5,969 nucleotides of DNA from Nanobdellota archaeon (GTDB lineage Archaea > Nanobdellota > Nanobdellia > Nanobdellales > Nanobdellaceae): the NCBI GenBank assembly GCA_020697515.1, contig JAIXNB010000040.1:1-5969 (forward strand), written 5' to 3'. The stretch's first letter is position 1. Each line of letters opens with the position of its first letter. Both the position numbers and the translations under genes were made by a program. This document shows, one piece after another, positions 5,156 to 5,969 of the stretch. The notes beneath the pieces were generated by a model. It searched no databases. It saw only the letters and a program-made list of their open reading frames with translations, and had not been told where the DNA came from.

Positions 5156-5809
5156 CTAGAATTTAGGAAATAATTCAATTAAAATTAGCTCTTCAAAAAA
5201 CAGTTTAAGTTTTTTAACAACTTTAAATTTGTATAGTTTAGAGTACTTTGATAATATGTAAGGTGGATTTGAGAGAGAGCTAACTAGAAGTAAAATACAC
5301 CCATTATTATTTAAATATTTGTAAGCATCTGACAGAAAATTATCTATTATCTCATTCCCCGTTTTTCCACCCGCCGTCCATAGCTTAGACTTTTCATCTT
5401 CATCACCGGCTGCTGGTAAATAAGGAGGATTAAACAAAATCAGATCATATTTCTTATTAATATTTCTGAATAGATCCGTTAGAATAAATTCGGCATTTTC
5501 CAGTGTATACTCTTTTAATGAATTCAATGTTACACTGCTGTCCACAAAATTATATGTATAGTTATATTTAGAGATGACTAGAGCATCTCTATCTATATCT
5601 GCAAAAGTTATATAGTTGGAACCATATTTCTTTGAAATTATTCCTTGTATTCCGCTACCACATCCCATATCTAAGACTTTTTTACCTATTACAATGTTTC
5701 CAAGATATTCTGTCATTAAAAAAGAATCTTCATGAGGAGGATATGTTTCATATTTGTCTATTTTATAAAATATCTTTAATTCGTCATAGAGTACGTACTT
5801 TGTATTCAT
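5156..5809 (-). CDS. HemK-related/Mtq2-like SAM-dependent methyltransferase with an NPPY motif (probable protein N5-glutamine methyltransferase), 217 aa
   Basis: The N-terminal YPPHEDSFLMTEYL matches the Y.P.EDS.LL signature of archaeal HemK-related/Mtq2 enzymes. SAM motif I is VLDMGCGSGIQG and motif IV is LFNPPYLP. The stop lies 3 nt before the TatD ATG. Confidence 0.85.
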   Translation of the reverse strand: MNTKYVLYDELKIFYKIDKYETYPPHEDSFLMTEYLGNIVIGKKVLDMGCGSGIQGIISKKYGSNYITFADIDRDALVISKYNYTYNFVDSSVTLNSLKEYTLENAEFILTDLFRNINKKYDLILFNPPYLPAAGDEDEKSKLWTAGGKTGNEIIDNFLSDAYKYLNNNGCILLLVSSLSNPPYILSKYSKLYKFKVVKKLKLFFEELILIELFPKF

Positions 5810-5824
5810 AAAAAATAGAAGTTG

Positions 5825-5969
5825 TTATTTGTCGTCTCTGATGAACGCTTTTAGCATCTCTACTGGTAATAATACTACTACTTTTTGATTGGGATCAGAG
5901 GATATATCCGCTAGAGTATGTGGAGTTCTTAGATGAAGAGCTTCAGGAGCACTAGATATCATCTTAGCA
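5825..5969 (-). CDS. 3' end (48 codons) of an unidentified protein-coding gene; the 5' end lies outside the window
   Basis: The - strand frame is open from the window edge to TAA (5825-5827). It reads ...AKMISSAPEALHLRTPHTLADISSDPNQKVVVLLPVEMLKAFIRDDK*. It stops 15 nt upstream of the methyltransferase ATG with no TATA-like element between, which suggests co-transcription. I do not recognise the family. Confidence 0.5.
   Translation of the reverse strand, partial: AKMISSAPEALHLRTPHTLADISSDPNQKVVVLLPVEMLKAFIRDDK

Overview
This is an archaeal chromosomal segment. The evidence is an RpoN/Rpb10 C-terminus, a tRNA-Gln with an A1-U72 first pair, tRNAs with no encoded CCA, and TATA boxes about 26-30 nt upstream of start codons, which implies mostly leaderless genes. 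The DNA is strongly AT-rich and the three tRNA genes stand out as GC-rich islands, a pattern typical of thermophiles with low-GC genomes. By my coordinates about 92% of the window is genic. On the + strand: rpoN (3' end), tRNA-Pro(CGG), tRNA-Arg(CCU), tRNA-Gln(UUG) and a short-form methionyl-tRNA synthetase. On the - strand: a 67-aa winged-helix-like ORF, an ExeA/AAA_22-type AAA+ ATPase fused to a C-terminal winged helix, and a tightly coupled run of (partial unknown ORF)-HemK/Mtq2-like methyltransferase-TatD hydrolase-HDAC-family deacetylase. I see no CRISPR array, transposase, integrase or rRNA. Most of the content is housekeeping, and I cannot demonstrate a complete novel system from sequence alone. 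The least ordinary parts are: (1) the lone ATPase-wHTH gene lying antisense inside the tRNA cluster, with a triple half-site operator-like repeat over its predicted transcription start; (2) tRNA-Pro and tRNA-Gln sharing a 42-nt block that differs only at anticodon positions 34 and 35, and these two copies bracket that gene; (3) the overlapping methyltransferase-TatD-deacetylase operon.
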